NCBI GenBank assembly: GCA_963724765.1
Contig: CAVRVY010000002.1
Coordinates: 96,001-160,000 of the forward strand
Reading direction: 5' to 3'
Source: an uncultured delta proteobacterium
GTDB taxonomy: Bacteria; Desulfobacterota; Binatia; Binatales; Binataceae
Length of the DNA stretch: 64,000 bases
Position numbers and translations under genes: made by a program. Of the stretch, positions 1 to 9,324 are shown in pieces. Each line of letters starts with the position of its first letter. Position 1 is the stretch's first letter. The notes under the pieces were generated by a model. That model ran no database searches and was not told the DNA's origin. It worked only from the letters and a program-made list of their open reading frames with translations.

Positions 1-2
1 CC

Positions 3-644
3 TTGCTTAGCGTACCCTTCGGCATTCTGGCGGCAATCTATATCACCGAATTCGGGCCCGAGACCCGAACCGCCTCGGCGGTGCGTTTCGCGGCCAAGGT
101 GCTGACCGGCCTGCCGTCGATTCTGGCGGGTGTCTTTGCTTTCGCGGTGGTCGTGGCGGTGACGGGCGAGTTTTCCGCGCCCGCGGGCGGAGTCGCACTG
201 GCACTGCTGATGCTCCCGACGGTTTTGCTGACCGCCGAAGAGGCGATCAAGCGGGTGCCGTCGCGGATGCGGGAAGCGGCAATCGGAATGGGCGCAACGC
301 CGACGCAGGTTGTGACAAAAGTGATCGTGCCGACCGCCGCGCCTGCGATGCTGACGGGCGTGATGCTCGCGGTGGCGCGCGCCGCTGGGGAAACGGCGCC
401 GCTCTTGTTCACCGCGCTGTTCAGCAATTTCTGGATGAGCCGGACGGCGCCGAATTTTCTGCCCAAGACCATGGGCGATCTGATGAAGCCGACCGCCTCG
501 CTCGCGGTCATGATCTATAATTTTTCCGGCTCGCCATTCGAAAATCAGATAGCACTGGCGTGGACCGCCGCGCTGGTGCTGGTGGTGATCGTCCTGATAT
601 TCAACGTGGTCGGCCAAGCGGTGGCTGGACGATCCGCCGACTAG
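3..644 (+). CDS. pstA: Phosphate ABC transporter permease PstA (5' truncated by window)
   Basis: LPSILAGVF, EAAIGMGA (EAA loop) and RAAGETAPLLFT motifs; directly upstream of pstB. Confidence 0.93.
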   Translation: MLSVPFGILAAIYITEFGPETRTASAVRFAAKVLTGLPSILAGVFAFAVVVAVTGEFSAPAGGVALALLMLPTVLLTAEEAIKRVPSRMREAAIGMGATPTQVVTKVIVPTAAPAMLTGVMLAVARAAGETAPLLFTALFSNFWMSRTAPNFLPKTMGDLMKPTASLAVMIYNFSGSPFENQIALAWTAALVLVVIVLIFNVVGQAVAGRSAD

Positions 645-647
645 CTA

Positions 648-1496
648 ATGGAGATGGGCATGCCAGTTACACCGGTGACAACGAACGGACACGCAAACGG
701 CGCGCATGACGAAATGCTGCAAAACGGCACGCTTATCGATTGCAATATTGACGAGCTTCACTACGGCAAGTTCAAGGCCGTGCGCGACGTCGCGCTCAAA
801 GTGAAGAAGGGCACGATCACCGCCTTCATCGGTCCCTCGGGATGCGGCAAGAGCACGGTGCTCCGCTGCCTCAACCGGATGAACGATCTGGTGCGCGGAT
901 TTCGCCTCAAAGGCCACGTGATCTTCCGCGGCCAGGACATCTACGCCTCCCGGGTCGATCCGGTCGCCGTGCGCCGGCATATCGGGATGGTATTCCAGCA
1001 GCCCAATCCGTTCGCGATGAGCATCTTTCGCAACGTCGCCTTCGGACTGCGGTTGAACCGCTACAAGGGTCCGGTCGCGGACAAGGTCGAAGCGGCCTTG
1101 CGCCAGGCCGCGCTGTGGGACGAGGTCAAGGACAAGCTTCGAACGAGCGCGCTGGCGCTCTCCGGCGGACAGCAACAGCGGCTATGCATCGCGCGCGCCG
1201 TTGCCACCGAGCCGGCCGTGCTGCTGATGGACGAGCCGTGCTCGGCGCTCGATCCGATAGCGACGCGCCGGATCGAAGAGTTGATGACGGAGCTGAAGAA
1301 GAAGTACACCATCGCGATCGTCACGCATAATCTCCAGCAGGCCAAGCGCGTCGCGGACACGACCGCCTTCCTGTACGTGGACACTTCCGCCGGCGGCAGG
1401 ACTGGCTACATGGTCGAGTACGGCCCGACCCAGGCGATTTTCGAGAACCCCAGGGAAGAGCATACCAAGGAATATATCCGCGGCGAGTTCAGTTAA
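648..1496 (+). CDS. pstB: Phosphate ABC transporter ATP-binding protein PstB
   Basis: [34 protein letters not shown]-terminal TKEYIRGEF. Confidence 0.95.
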   Translation: MEMGMPVTPVTTNGHANGAHDEMLQNGTLIDCNIDELHYGKFKAVRDVALKVKKGTITAFIGPSGCGKSTVLRCLNRMNDLVRGFRLKGHVIFRGQDIYASRVDPVAVRRHIGMVFQQPNPFAMSIFRNVAFGLRLNRYKGPVADKVEAALRQAALWDEVKDKLRTSALALSGGQQQRLCIARAVATEPAVLLMDEPCSALDPIATRRIEELMTELKKKYTIAIVTHNLQQAKRVADTTAFLYVDTSAGGRTGYMVEYGPTQAIFENPREEHTKEYIRGEFS

Positions 1497-1576
1497 GCCC
1501 GGATTGAGGCGGACTGACTATTCGCGCCGCGCCGCCCGGCCGCGGGATGCGCCTTTTGGGTGGCCGCGCCAGTGTT

Positions 1577-2689
1577 TCAGGACGGCCTTTTCGGCGCCGA
1601 TGGGACTCCTGCCTCAAGCTCCAGAGGCAGTTCAAATTTGATCTCCTGCGGCGGCTCGCAGACGGTGTCACTGCACGGCTGGAACCGCAACGTGCCGGCG
1701 ATCTTGTACGGCCCCGGAGCGATCGTTTTGCCGAAGGGCTCCATGAATTTCGCCGGCATCGGCGGGCTCCATTTGATCCCTAGTTTGCCGGTAGCGAGAA
1801 CTTCGCCCTCATACACCGGCAGCGTTTCACCGAGCGCCTCGAGCAGCATCGGCTTCGCCGCCGGCAATTCGATTGATTGTTCGCCGACGATTGGGCTCTG
1901 AAAAATCAATTCGGTCGGCCGATAGTTAGCGGGCAGCGGCTTGCCGTAAATATGCCAGCCCGGTTTCAGGCGGATATGCAGCGCGGTTGCCAGCTCCTGG
2001 CCGGGGAAGCATCGGTCGGCCGACAGCGTCACGGTCGCGTTGAACGCGCCTGCGCCGATCTCGACCGAGTTCATCGAGGAGGCGGCGCCGCTCGTGTTGC
2101 GCAGTGCGAGCGCGGTTGCCGAGGCGCGATGTTCGTAGCTTGGGAGGAACAGCTTGTCGCGCACGATACCGTCGGGCGCGATCAGGTAGTCACCCGGAAA
2201 CGGTATCCCGTACATCATCCTGTGATCTTCGGGGATGTTGGTATTAAAAATTCCGAACGCGCGAATCACCTTGCTGCCGGCGTCCGAGAGCAGGGGATAG
2301 GCAATCTTGTAGGCGTCGCCGAAGGCGGCGAGAATTTCGCGTGAATCGTAGGTGATCGACGCGGCGTTGATTCCAGCGGTCTTCAGCGTCCCCAGCGACT
2401 GCTGCAGCTCGACGAGCTGGTTGCGGCAGTAGGGTCACCAATCGGCGCTACGGCTGAAGATCAGCAGCAGGCCGTTAGGTCCCGAGAGATCTTTCAGCGT
2501 GTGGTTTTTGCCGTGCTGGTCGGGCAGCGTGAAGTCGGGAACTCGCTCTCCAATTTCCGGCCCTGTGCGATAGCCGTCGTTCTGAGCGGCTACGAAGCGG
2601 CCCCATTCCTCGGAGGTGATATCGCTTCCACCGCCGCCGAACTTGCGGATCACGCCATGCAGGATTTCAGCCTTCGCTTTTGCGTCCAT
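1577..2689 (-). CDS. Putative selenoprotein: AhpC/TSA-type redoxin (UxxC) fused to a C-terminal DsbD-N-like domain; in-frame TGA at 2435-2437
   Basis: ORFs 2435..2689 and 1577..2269 are in the same frame, separated only by TGA in FSRSADW-TGA-PYCRNQL. The intervening 55 codons are open and redoxin-like (ITYDS, YPLLSD). C-terminus has LKPGWHIYG and FQPCSDTVCEPP. Confidence 0.85.
2405..2419 (-). promoter_or_regulatory. Candidate bacterial SECIS hairpin
   Basis: mRNA CAGCUC-GUC-GAGCUG stem-loop; G-starting loop begins 21 nt after the UGA; possible lower stem CUGC/GCAG. Confidence 0.6.
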
Positions 2690-2811
2690 GATGGCTCAGT
2701 CTCGCAAAGCATGGCTCTTTTAGCTAGCGCCCCTTAGCGGCGCTTCCTCGCTCAACCACCGAGGGGTAAGGATTGCACGTTACCTCCTGGCCCGCTGCAT
2801 GGAATGCTCAT

Positions 2812-4659
2812 TTATTTGTCGTCGGGCGCAAAGTAATTGCGAATCGCGGCGATCAGCGCGGGAACTGTGTATTCAGCCGGCTGCACGACCACTTGCAGGC
2901 CGGCGGTGCGGGCGGTCTCGGCGGTTATCGGACCGATTGCCGCGGCCTTGAGCCCGCGCGCTACATCGGTTCCGACCATCTCGCAGAAATTCGTCACCGT
3001 GCTGGAACTGGTGAAGGCGACGAGGTCGATCTGTCCCGCCGCCGCCATCTCACGCACGCGCTCGACCGGCGCGTTCGCGGGCTTCACCGTTTTGTAAACC
3101 GGCACCACGATGACCTCGCGCGCGCCGGCGGCTATCAGCATCTCGGGCAGCACCTCGCGCGCCACCTGGGCGCGGGGAATCAGAATCCGCGCACCGCGGA
3201 TACGCTCGGCGCCGATCGCTTCGACAATCGCCTCGGCGCGATACTCAGTTGGTATAGCGGCGACGGCGAGGGCATGCTCGGCCAGGCGTGCGGCGGTGGC
3301 GGGACCGATCGCCCCGAGCTTCGCGCCGCCGAACGCGCGCGAATCGCCGCCGCGCGTCCTCATCCGCTCAAGCATCCGCTCGACGCCGCTTGCGCTGGTG
3401 AAGATCACCCAATCGAAGGACGCCGCGCGGTCGAGCGCCGCGTCGATCGCCGCATAGCTGTCGGGCGCGACGAGCTCGATAGTCGGAAATTCCGTCACCC
3501 TGGCGCCGAACGCGCGCAAGCCGGCGGCGAAGGAGCCGCCGGCCTCGCGCGCGCGCGTGATTACGACGCTGCGCCCGTGAAGCGGCATCGCGACGGAGGT
3601 CTCGGGCCGCGCGCCTGGCGCGGGCGCGCGGCCCGAGACCTCCGCCGCGCCCGCCGCCGCGTCATCGCCGCCGGGCACCCCGTCGCCCGCGATGAGCGCG
3701 CCGGCCCCGCCCTCGAGCATGCGCTCCGCTAGCCGCGCGCCGAGCGCGGCGGCGCGCTCCAACGGAGCGCCCGGCGCGTCGCCATCGACCACCTTGTCCG
3801 AGATTTCGTCGATCAGGTGATGCGCGCCATCGACGCTGAAGACCAGCGCGCGCATCCCGAGCGTGACCGCGTCCAATCGCGCGAAGACGCCGATGGGCGA
3901 TACGCACGAGGCGCCGAGCGCGGCCAGGAAAGCGCGCTCGGCGGCGGTTTCGATATGGGCCCGCGGATCGTCGAGCACGGCGACCGCGGCCTCGAGCTCA
4001 GCCGAACCGCCTACCGGCCGCCCCGCGAGCGCCTCGATACAGAGCGCGCCCTGGCCGCCGCACGGGACGAAGTCGCGCTCATCGAGCGTGGCGACGCCGA
4101 CGCCGTCCACGGCGTCGGCGTCGCCACGCTCGAGCCGCCTCAGCCCCGCGATCGCGAGGATGATGGCGTCGAAGTCGCCGGCGGCGAGGCGCGCAAGGCG
4201 CGTATCAACGTTGCCGCGCAGCGCCACCGGTTCCAGGTCGGGGCGCAGGCGCAGCGCCTCGAAGCGCCGGCGCGCCGACGAGGTGCCAAGGCGCGCGCCG
4301 CGCGGCAGCGCGGCGAGCGAGCCGCCGGCGCGCGAGAGCAGCGCGTCCCGCGCATCGGCGCGTTCGGGCACCGCGGCGATACGGAAGCCGGCGGCGAGCC
4401 GGGCCGGCAGGTCCTTCATCGAATGCACTGCCAGGTCGATGCGGCCGTCGCTGAGCGCCTGCTCCAGTTCCTTGATGAAGAGTCCCTTGCCGCCGACCTG
4501 GGCGAGCGCGGCCGTGGCCATCCGGTCGCCGCTGGTGCGAATCGCAACGATCTCGATGGTCACGGACGGAACGCGCGCCGCGAGCTCTTGCCGCACCAAT
4601 TCGGCCTGGGCGAGCGCGAGGCGGCTGGGACGCGAACCGATACGAAGTGCGGAGGTCAT
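2812..4659 (-). CDS. hemC: Hydroxymethylbilane synthase HemC fused to uroporphyrinogen-III synthase HemD
   Basis: GSRPSRLALAQ, GKGLFIKELE, AVHSMKD, LRGNVDTRL (HemC); VVITRA, WVIFTSASGV, AIGPATA, FTSSSTV (HemD). Confidence 0.92.
   Translation of the reverse strand: MTSALRIGSRPSRLALAQAELVRQELAARVPSVTIEIVAIRTSGDRMATAALAQVGGKGLFIKELEQALSDGRIDLAVHSMKDLPARLAAGFRIAAVPERADARDALLSRAGGSLAALPRGARLGTSSARRRFEALRLRPDLEPVALRGNVDTRLARLAAGDFDAIILAIAGLRRLERGDADAVDGVGVATLDERDFVPCGGQGALCIEALAGRPVGGSAELEAAVAVLDDPRAHIETAAERAFLAALGASCVSPIGVFARLDAVTLGMRALVFSVDGAHHLIDEISDKVVDGDAPGAPLERAAALGARLAERMLEGGAGALIAGDGVPGGDDAAAGAAEVSGRAPAPGARPETSVAMPLHGRSVVITRAREAGGSFAAGLRAFGARVTEFPTIELVAPDSYAAIDAALDRAASFDWVIFTSASGVERMLERMRTRGGDSRAFGGAKLGAIGPATAARLAEHALAVAAIPTEYRAEAIVEAIGAERIRGARILIPRAQVAREVLPEMLIAAGAREVIVVPVYKTVKPANAPVERVREMAAAGQIDLVAFTSSSTVTNFCEMVGTDVARGLKAAAIGPITAETARTAGLQVVVQPAEYTVPALIAAIRNYFAPDDK
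3594..3644. repeat. Perfect 22-bp inverted repeat inside the HemC-HemD linker
   Basis: CGGAGGTCTCGGGCCGCGCGCC-tggcgcg-GGCGCGCGGCCCGAGACCTCCG. Confidence 0.9.
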
Positions 4660-4711
4660 CTATATATATATGTTGATGTCGCAGGATAGGCCGCATGGAA
4701 GCGGCCGCGGG

Positions 4712-6076
4712 TCAGGCTTCCTCGTCGTCGTCGTCAGTGTCGAGGTCCAGCTCGAAGTCGAGGTTGGAAACCGTGCCACCCGGCACGGGTCCCTCGGCCA
4801 CCAGCTCGCCACACAGCAGGCGGCGCGCAATCTCGGCGGTATATACCGGGTCGGGCGAGCCGGCGCCGGTGCTGCGCAGGCCGGCCAGGATGCGATGGAG
4901 CAGCTTGTTGACCAGCGTGCGCGTGAGCGCTTCGATACGCAGGCGCTCGGCCGGCTCCATTGTGGCCAGCCATGCGCGATGGCGTCCGAGTTCGGCGTCG
5001 CGCAGTTGCTCGATGCTGACCCGGATATCCTTGATTGCCGGAACCAGGTCCAGCCCGCCCATCCAGCGCATGAACGAGGTGAGTGCGTCGGCGACGATGG
5101 TCTCGGCCTTGTCGGCCTCACGCGCGCGCTCGCCGAGCGCCTCGGTCACCACTGCGCCGAGATCGTCGATATCATATAGATACACGTTCTCCATGGCGTT
5201 TAGCCGTTCGTCGAAGTTGCGCGGCACGCCCAGGTCGATGAGGAACAGCGGACGGTAGCGGCGCTCGCGCAGGACGGCCTCGAAGTCATCGGGCTCGAGC
5301 ACCGGCCGCGCGGCCGCAAGCGAGCCGATCACGATGTCGGCGATCTTGAGGTAAGGGCGATGGTTCTCGAAGGGAACGGCAGTGCCGCCGAGCGCGCGCG
5401 CCAGCGCGACCGCATGGTCAAAGGTGCGGCTGGTCACCAGCAAGGTCTCAACGCCGAGCGCATGGAGCTGGCGCGCCGTCAGTTCGGCCATCTGGCCCGC
5501 GCCCATCAGCATCACAGTCTTGTCGCTGAGCGTATCGAAGATCTGTCCGGCCAGGCGCACCGCTGCCGAGCTGACCGACACTGAGCCGCGGCCGATAAGC
5601 GTCGCCTTGCGCACCCGTTTGGCGACCGAGAAGGCGCGATGAAAGGCGCGATGCAGCACCAGGCCGGCGCTCTCTGCCTCGGCCGCGTAGCCGTACGCCA
5701 GCTTGAGCTGGCCGAGGATTTGCGGCTCACCGACCACCATTGAGTCGAGGCTGGCGCCGACGCGGAACAGATGAAGCGCCGCGTCGCGGCCCTCGAAGCG
5801 GTAGAGCGCGCCGGCGAACAGCGCCGCGTCGACCTCGCGGTCGGCGGCGAGGAAGCTAACCGCTTCGTCGATCGCGCGGGCGGAGTCGGCCGCCACGCCG
5901 ATGATTTCGACCCGGTTGCAGGTCGAAATCAGCGCGGCTTCGGCCAGCGCAGGCGCGCGAGCCTTGAGCCGCGCAAGCGCCGCGACGATTTCGCCGTCGT
6001 CATAGGCCAGCCGCTCGCGGACCGCGACCTGGGCGGTGCGATGGTTGATGCCAACGATGAGAAGCTTTTCGTCCAT
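4712..6076 (-). CDS. hemA: Glutamyl-tRNA reductase
   Basis: GINHRTA, STCNRVE, SLDSMVVGEPQILGQ, GAGQMA, DLGVPRN. Confidence 0.96.
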   Translation of the reverse strand: MDEKLLIVGINHRTAQVAVRERLAYDDGEIVAALARLKARAPALAEAALISTCNRVEIIGVAADSARAIDEAVSFLAADREVDAALFAGALYRFEGRDAALHLFRVGASLDSMVVGEPQILGQLKLAYGYAAEAESAGLVLHRAFHRAFSVAKRVRKATLIGRGSVSVSSAAVRLAGQIFDTLSDKTVMLMGAGQMAELTARQLHALGVETLLVTSRTFDHAVALARALGGTAVPFENHRPYLKIADIVIGSLAAARPVLEPDDFEAVLRERRYRPLFLIDLGVPRNFDERLNAMENVYLYDIDDLGAVVTEALGERAREADKAETIVADALTSFMRWMGGLDLVPAIKDIRVSIEQLRDAELGRHRAWLATMEPAERLRIEALTRTLVNKLLHRILAGLRSTGAGSPDPVYTAEIARRLLCGELVAEGPVPGGTVSNLDFELDLDTDDDDEEA

Positions 6077-6103
6077 CTGTCTGCGACTGCGCCCGCCCGG
6101 GCG

Positions 6104-6931
6104 TTAGCCGAAACTCCCACCGTGCTTGCCCGGAAAAAGCAGGCTCACGCTTAAGAACGAACCCAACAACACGGTAAAAACCGCCAGCGTCAGCGCTGCG
6201 GCCCGCCGCCCGCGCCATCCCGCCGCGATCCGCGATTCCAACAGTCCCGCGTACAACAGCCAGGTTATCAGCGACCACGATTCCTGTGGCTCCCATGACC
6301 AGAAATGACCCCACGTCGCATCCGCCCACAGCGCGCCGCTGACGATCGCCAGCGACAGCATCACGAAGCCCCATCCCAGCAGACGGTAGTTGATGCGGTC
6401 GAGCTTCTCCAGGCTCGGCATCGTTTGCCCCGCAGGCGACATTGGGCGCTTCGCCTTCAAACGTGACTCGTGCACCAGGTAGGCGAGGCTTACACCGGCC
6501 GCAACCACGAATAGCGCGTCGCCCAGAAATGCCAGCGTCACGTGGACCGGTAGCCATGCGCTGCGCAAACTGTCGGGAATAACCAGGCGGCCGCGACGCG
6601 TAAGCAGCATCGCCGCGCCGACCGCGGCCAGCACGCCAGGCGCCACAAAGGCTCCTAGCACCTGCATCCGCATCCGTAGTATGAGGACAAAGCTGACGAT
6701 CGCCGTGAGCCACGCCAGGAAGGACAACGACTGGGCGAAATTGGTGACCGGGATATTGCCAGCCTTGAGCGCGCCAATCACCAGATCCAGCGTGTGGAAC
6801 AGCACCGCCGCACCCAACAGCGGCACCGCCTGATCGGTCCAGCGCGGACGGTTGGCGGTGCGCCCGGCCACGAATCCCGTGGCGGAGAGCGCGTAGCATA
6901 CCAGGGCGGGCGGCAGCCAGATCGTATCCAT
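6104..6931 (-). CDS. ccsA: Cytochrome c biogenesis protein CcsA/HemX family
   Basis: Multi-TM; WLPVHV and GALWADATWGHFWSWEPQE (WWD-type motif); start could be 6955. Confidence 0.85.
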   Translation of the reverse strand: MDTIWLPPALVCYALSATGFVAGRTANRPRWTDQAVPLLGAAVLFHTLDLVIGALKAGNIPVTNFAQSLSFLAWLTAIVSFVLILRMRMQVLGAFVAPGVLAAVGAAMLLTRRGRLVIPDSLRSAWLPVHVTLAFLGDALFVVAAGVSLAYLVHESRLKAKRPMSPAGQTMPSLEKLDRINYRLLGWGFVMLSLAIVSGALWADATWGHFWSWEPQESWSLITWLLYAGLLESRIAAGWRGRRAAALTLAVFTVLLGSFLSVSLLFPGKHGGSFG

Positions 6932-7149
6932 ATCAATATGATTATGCGCCAGCACGCGGGATGGTCCGCCGCGCCATGCTCGGTGTTAAATAATGCCTGG
7001 TCGATAACCGGGTTCAACCAGCGCCGCGCCGACGTGCTCTGCTGACCGGCAATTGTATTACACCTGACTCGGAGGAGACAGGCTCGCGGACCGCGCGCGT
7101 AGCGCTACACTTGAGCGACAAGCAGATGGGAACGCAAGAGGGCAAAGAG

Positions 7150-7545
7150 ATGGAAGGCGTCGAAGTGAAAGCGCCGGCTAACCTGCGCGCGGTAAATCAG
7201 ACGCGCGCTACCGCGCTCTGCGAACACCTCGAAGAGGCCGGCGGGATGACGGGCAAGAGCCGTGGTCTGCTCGGACGCGACGCGCTCGAAGCGGAAGCGG
7301 GGATGCTGTTCGAGGCGGGTCGGCTGGAGCCGTTCATGTGCATGCACATGATGTTCATGCGCTTTGCGATCGATGTTGTCTTCCTCAATCGCGAGGGCAG
7401 GGTAATCCGGATCAACCACAACCTGCGCCCGTGGCGTATCTCATCGATCGTTTGGGGCGCACGCAAGGCGCTGGAACTGTCGGCCGGCGCAGCGGCGCGC
7501 AGCCAAACCGAGATCGGCGATCAAATCCTATTCGAGCGGTCTTAG
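7150..7545 (+). CDS. DUF192 family protein
   Basis: RGLLGR..L...GMLF, HMMFMRFAIDVVFL, ALELSAG; start uncertain (7111-7150). Confidence 0.8.
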   Translation: MEGVEVKAPANLRAVNQTRATALCEHLEEAGGMTGKSRGLLGRDALEAEAGMLFEAGRLEPFMCMHMMFMRFAIDVVFLNREGRVIRINHNLRPWRISSIVWGARKALELSAGAAARSQTEIGDQILFERS

Positions 7546-7609
7546 ACCAAGTCTCCTCCCCGCGTTCTGACTCTAATCCGCACGATAAATTCCTTTACGA
7601 CACGTTTTT

Positions 7610-7625
7610 GTTGCGTCTATGCAAC
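7610..7625. promoter_or_regulatory. Candidate bEBP upstream activator site GTTGC-N6-GCAAC (copy 1)
   Basis: GTTGCgtctatGCAAC, 89 bp before the sigma54 box at 7699. Confidence 0.65.
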
Positions 7626-7698
7626 TGTGGCGGATGATTTCTGTGTCCGTGCTCTGAAAAACGTCAATAAATGTTCGATTTAGGCTCCAAACTAATTG

Positions 7699-7714
7699 TG
7701 GCACGTTCGATGCT
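7699..7714 (+). promoter_or_regulatory. sigma54 -24/-12 promoter upstream of flp1
   Basis: TGGCACGTTCGATGCT, GG-N10-GC spacing. Confidence 0.75.
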
Positions 7715-7920
7715 GGACAATCGTGCATGGTCACGTCGTCAATTTGCGTGCATGACCACTTATTAACACCTTAAAAGATGCATAAAATAGAAGATAGCTG
7801 TCAGGTGTAACAATGAAAACTGTAACATATTTAAAAGCAGGCTTGGTTAGTAGAGTGGCGATTGAGGCAAAACCAGAAATCAGCCTCAATGAAACGGGAA
7901 GGATCAAGGAGGAGAAAAAG

Positions 7921-8112
7921 ATGGATTTGTTCACAAAGGCATTTTTGAAGGTGCGTGAGCGCTTCGTCCGGTTTCATCGCGCGCAGACGATGACTGAGTA
8001 CGCGCTCATCCTGGCGGCCGTCGCGGTTGTCGTGTACGGCACCTACCGCGCCTTGGGCAATAACATCGGCTCGCTCGCCAGCGGTGTCGATTCCGCTCTG
8101 ACCAACGCGTAA
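7921..8112 (+). CDS. flp: Flp family type IVb pilin (copy 1)
   Basis: SD AGGAG before ATG 7921; RA|QTMTEYALILAAVAVVV Flp motif. Confidence 0.9.
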   Translation: MDLFTKAFLKVRERFVRFHRAQTMTEYALILAAVAVVVYGTYRALGNNIGSLASGVDSALTNA

Positions 8113-8146
8113 GCAAGTCTAAAGAATCCGCCTGCATATCCATAAG

Positions 8147-8177
8147 CCCGGCGGGTGGTCAAACACCACCTGCCGGG
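8147..8177 (+). terminator. Stem-loop after flp1
   Basis: CCCGGCGGGTGGT-caaac-ACCACCTGCCGGG; no U-tract. Confidence 0.5.
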
Positions 8178-8323
8178 TCCTGCCACGTTTAGCGGGATCT
8201 GAATGCTCTTCGCGGCACCAGTAGTCACCACGGCGCCGCGCTCTTGACCCTGATTCAGCGCTTTGACCCTGCGATTGACCACCTGATCCGGCGCTTCAGT
8301 ACCAAGAGCAGATCGAATCTGCC

Positions 8324-8339
8324 GTTGCAGCAACGCAAC
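8324..8339. promoter_or_regulatory. Candidate bEBP upstream activator site (copy 2)
   Basis: GTTGCagcaacGCAAC, 90 bp before the sigma54 box at 8414. Confidence 0.65.
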
Positions 8340-8413
8340 TTTCTGTTGCCGTTATTTGTGTTCAGACCATTCTTCAAAAGGTGAAACGGGCCTTTTTAGC
8401 TAAACAATGGCTC

Positions 8414-8429
8414 TGGCATGCGATGTGCT
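8414..8429 (+). promoter_or_regulatory. sigma54 -24/-12 promoter
   Basis: TGGCATGCGATGTGCT, GG-N10-GC spacing. Confidence 0.7.
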
Positions 8430-8528
8430 GATGCGTTGTAGCCGGCTCGGGGCGTGATGAGGCCTTCTGCCTCGCCTGTTGTAAAGCCGAAGGTCCGTCG
8501 CAGAGCCGAAGAATGAAGGGAGGAACGG

Positions 8529-8807
8529 GTGAAATTCCTAAGAGGCCAGACTGCCCTCGCTTTGGGCTTGCAACACCCAATGGACGGTCTCGCATCCATC
8601 GGAGCAGACACGTGGGCCCTCCACCTCAGATCAGCTCGCCTCCAACAGGCCACCAACCCGGCTGCCCCGGTCCGCATTACACTGAAAACAAAGGTCTCGG
8701 CTCGACCGCCTGGGGGGCCATCATTTCGGGTTTCACAGCATCGTACGCAAGTTCGATGGAACCCGAGGGAGAGCGGGCCCTATCTAGAGGAAAGAATCGG
8801 TATCTGA
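8529..8807 (+). pseudogene. Probable decayed or internally deleted TadE-like pseudopilin
   Basis: Strong SD (AAGGGAGG) plus GTG; MKFLRGQTALALG shares GQTALALG with TadE at 10059 using different synonymous codons; lacks the hydrophobic pilin helix. Confidence 0.5.
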
Positions 8808-8824
8808 ACTTGAATAAGAACGAT

Positions 8825-8853
8825 TTGACATGCTAAAACATAGACAGTATAAT
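8825..8853 (+). promoter_or_regulatory. Perfect-consensus sigma70 promoter upstream of flp2
   Basis: TTGACA-17 bp-TATAAT. Confidence 0.85.
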
Positions 8854-8978
8854 CCATGCGAAACTAGGGATAACAGAGACAAGAACAAGAGCCATAACGA
8901 CTTGTCTCGGAATCGATCCCCAAAGAACTAACGGGAATTCGAAATTTTCCTGCCAAAATTGTCACAAAGGGGCCCAAT

Positions 8979-9170
8979 ATGGGGTTTGTCTCAAAAAGTT
9001 ACATCCGCGCTCGTGAAAGCGTGCTCGCCTGCGGCCGCGGACAAACCATGACGGAATATGCCTTAATTCTCGCGGCGATCGCTGTAGTGGTCTACGGAGT
9101 TTACGCGGCGATGGGCAATAACATCGGCTCGTTAGCCAGCGGAGTTGATTCCAGCCTAACAAATGCTTGA
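8979..9170 (+). CDS. flp: Flp family type IVb pilin (copy 2)
   Basis: RG|QTMTEYALILAAIAVVV; SD AAGGGG. Confidence 0.88.
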   Translation: MGFVSKSYIRARESVLACGRGQTMTEYALILAAIAVVVYGVYAAMGNNIGSLASGVDSSLTNA

Positions 9171-9324
9171 GTAGCTCGGACGGAGTGTTATGAGCAGTAT
9201 TAGCATCTTATGTTATGATATGACAGTTCGTTCGATGATATAAGTCGAGAGATCCGAAGAACGTTACACTTGGGGAGCCTATCCCCGCAAAGCAGCCTAG
9301 AAGGCGGCTAAAGCCAAGGAGACA

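Noticed and set aside
8490-8615. Cobalamin or FMN riboswitch (AAGGGAGGAACGGGTGAAATTCC...ACTGCCCTCGC)
   Set aside because: Only the T-loop-like string matches; other conserved boxes are missing and the downstream genes are pilins.
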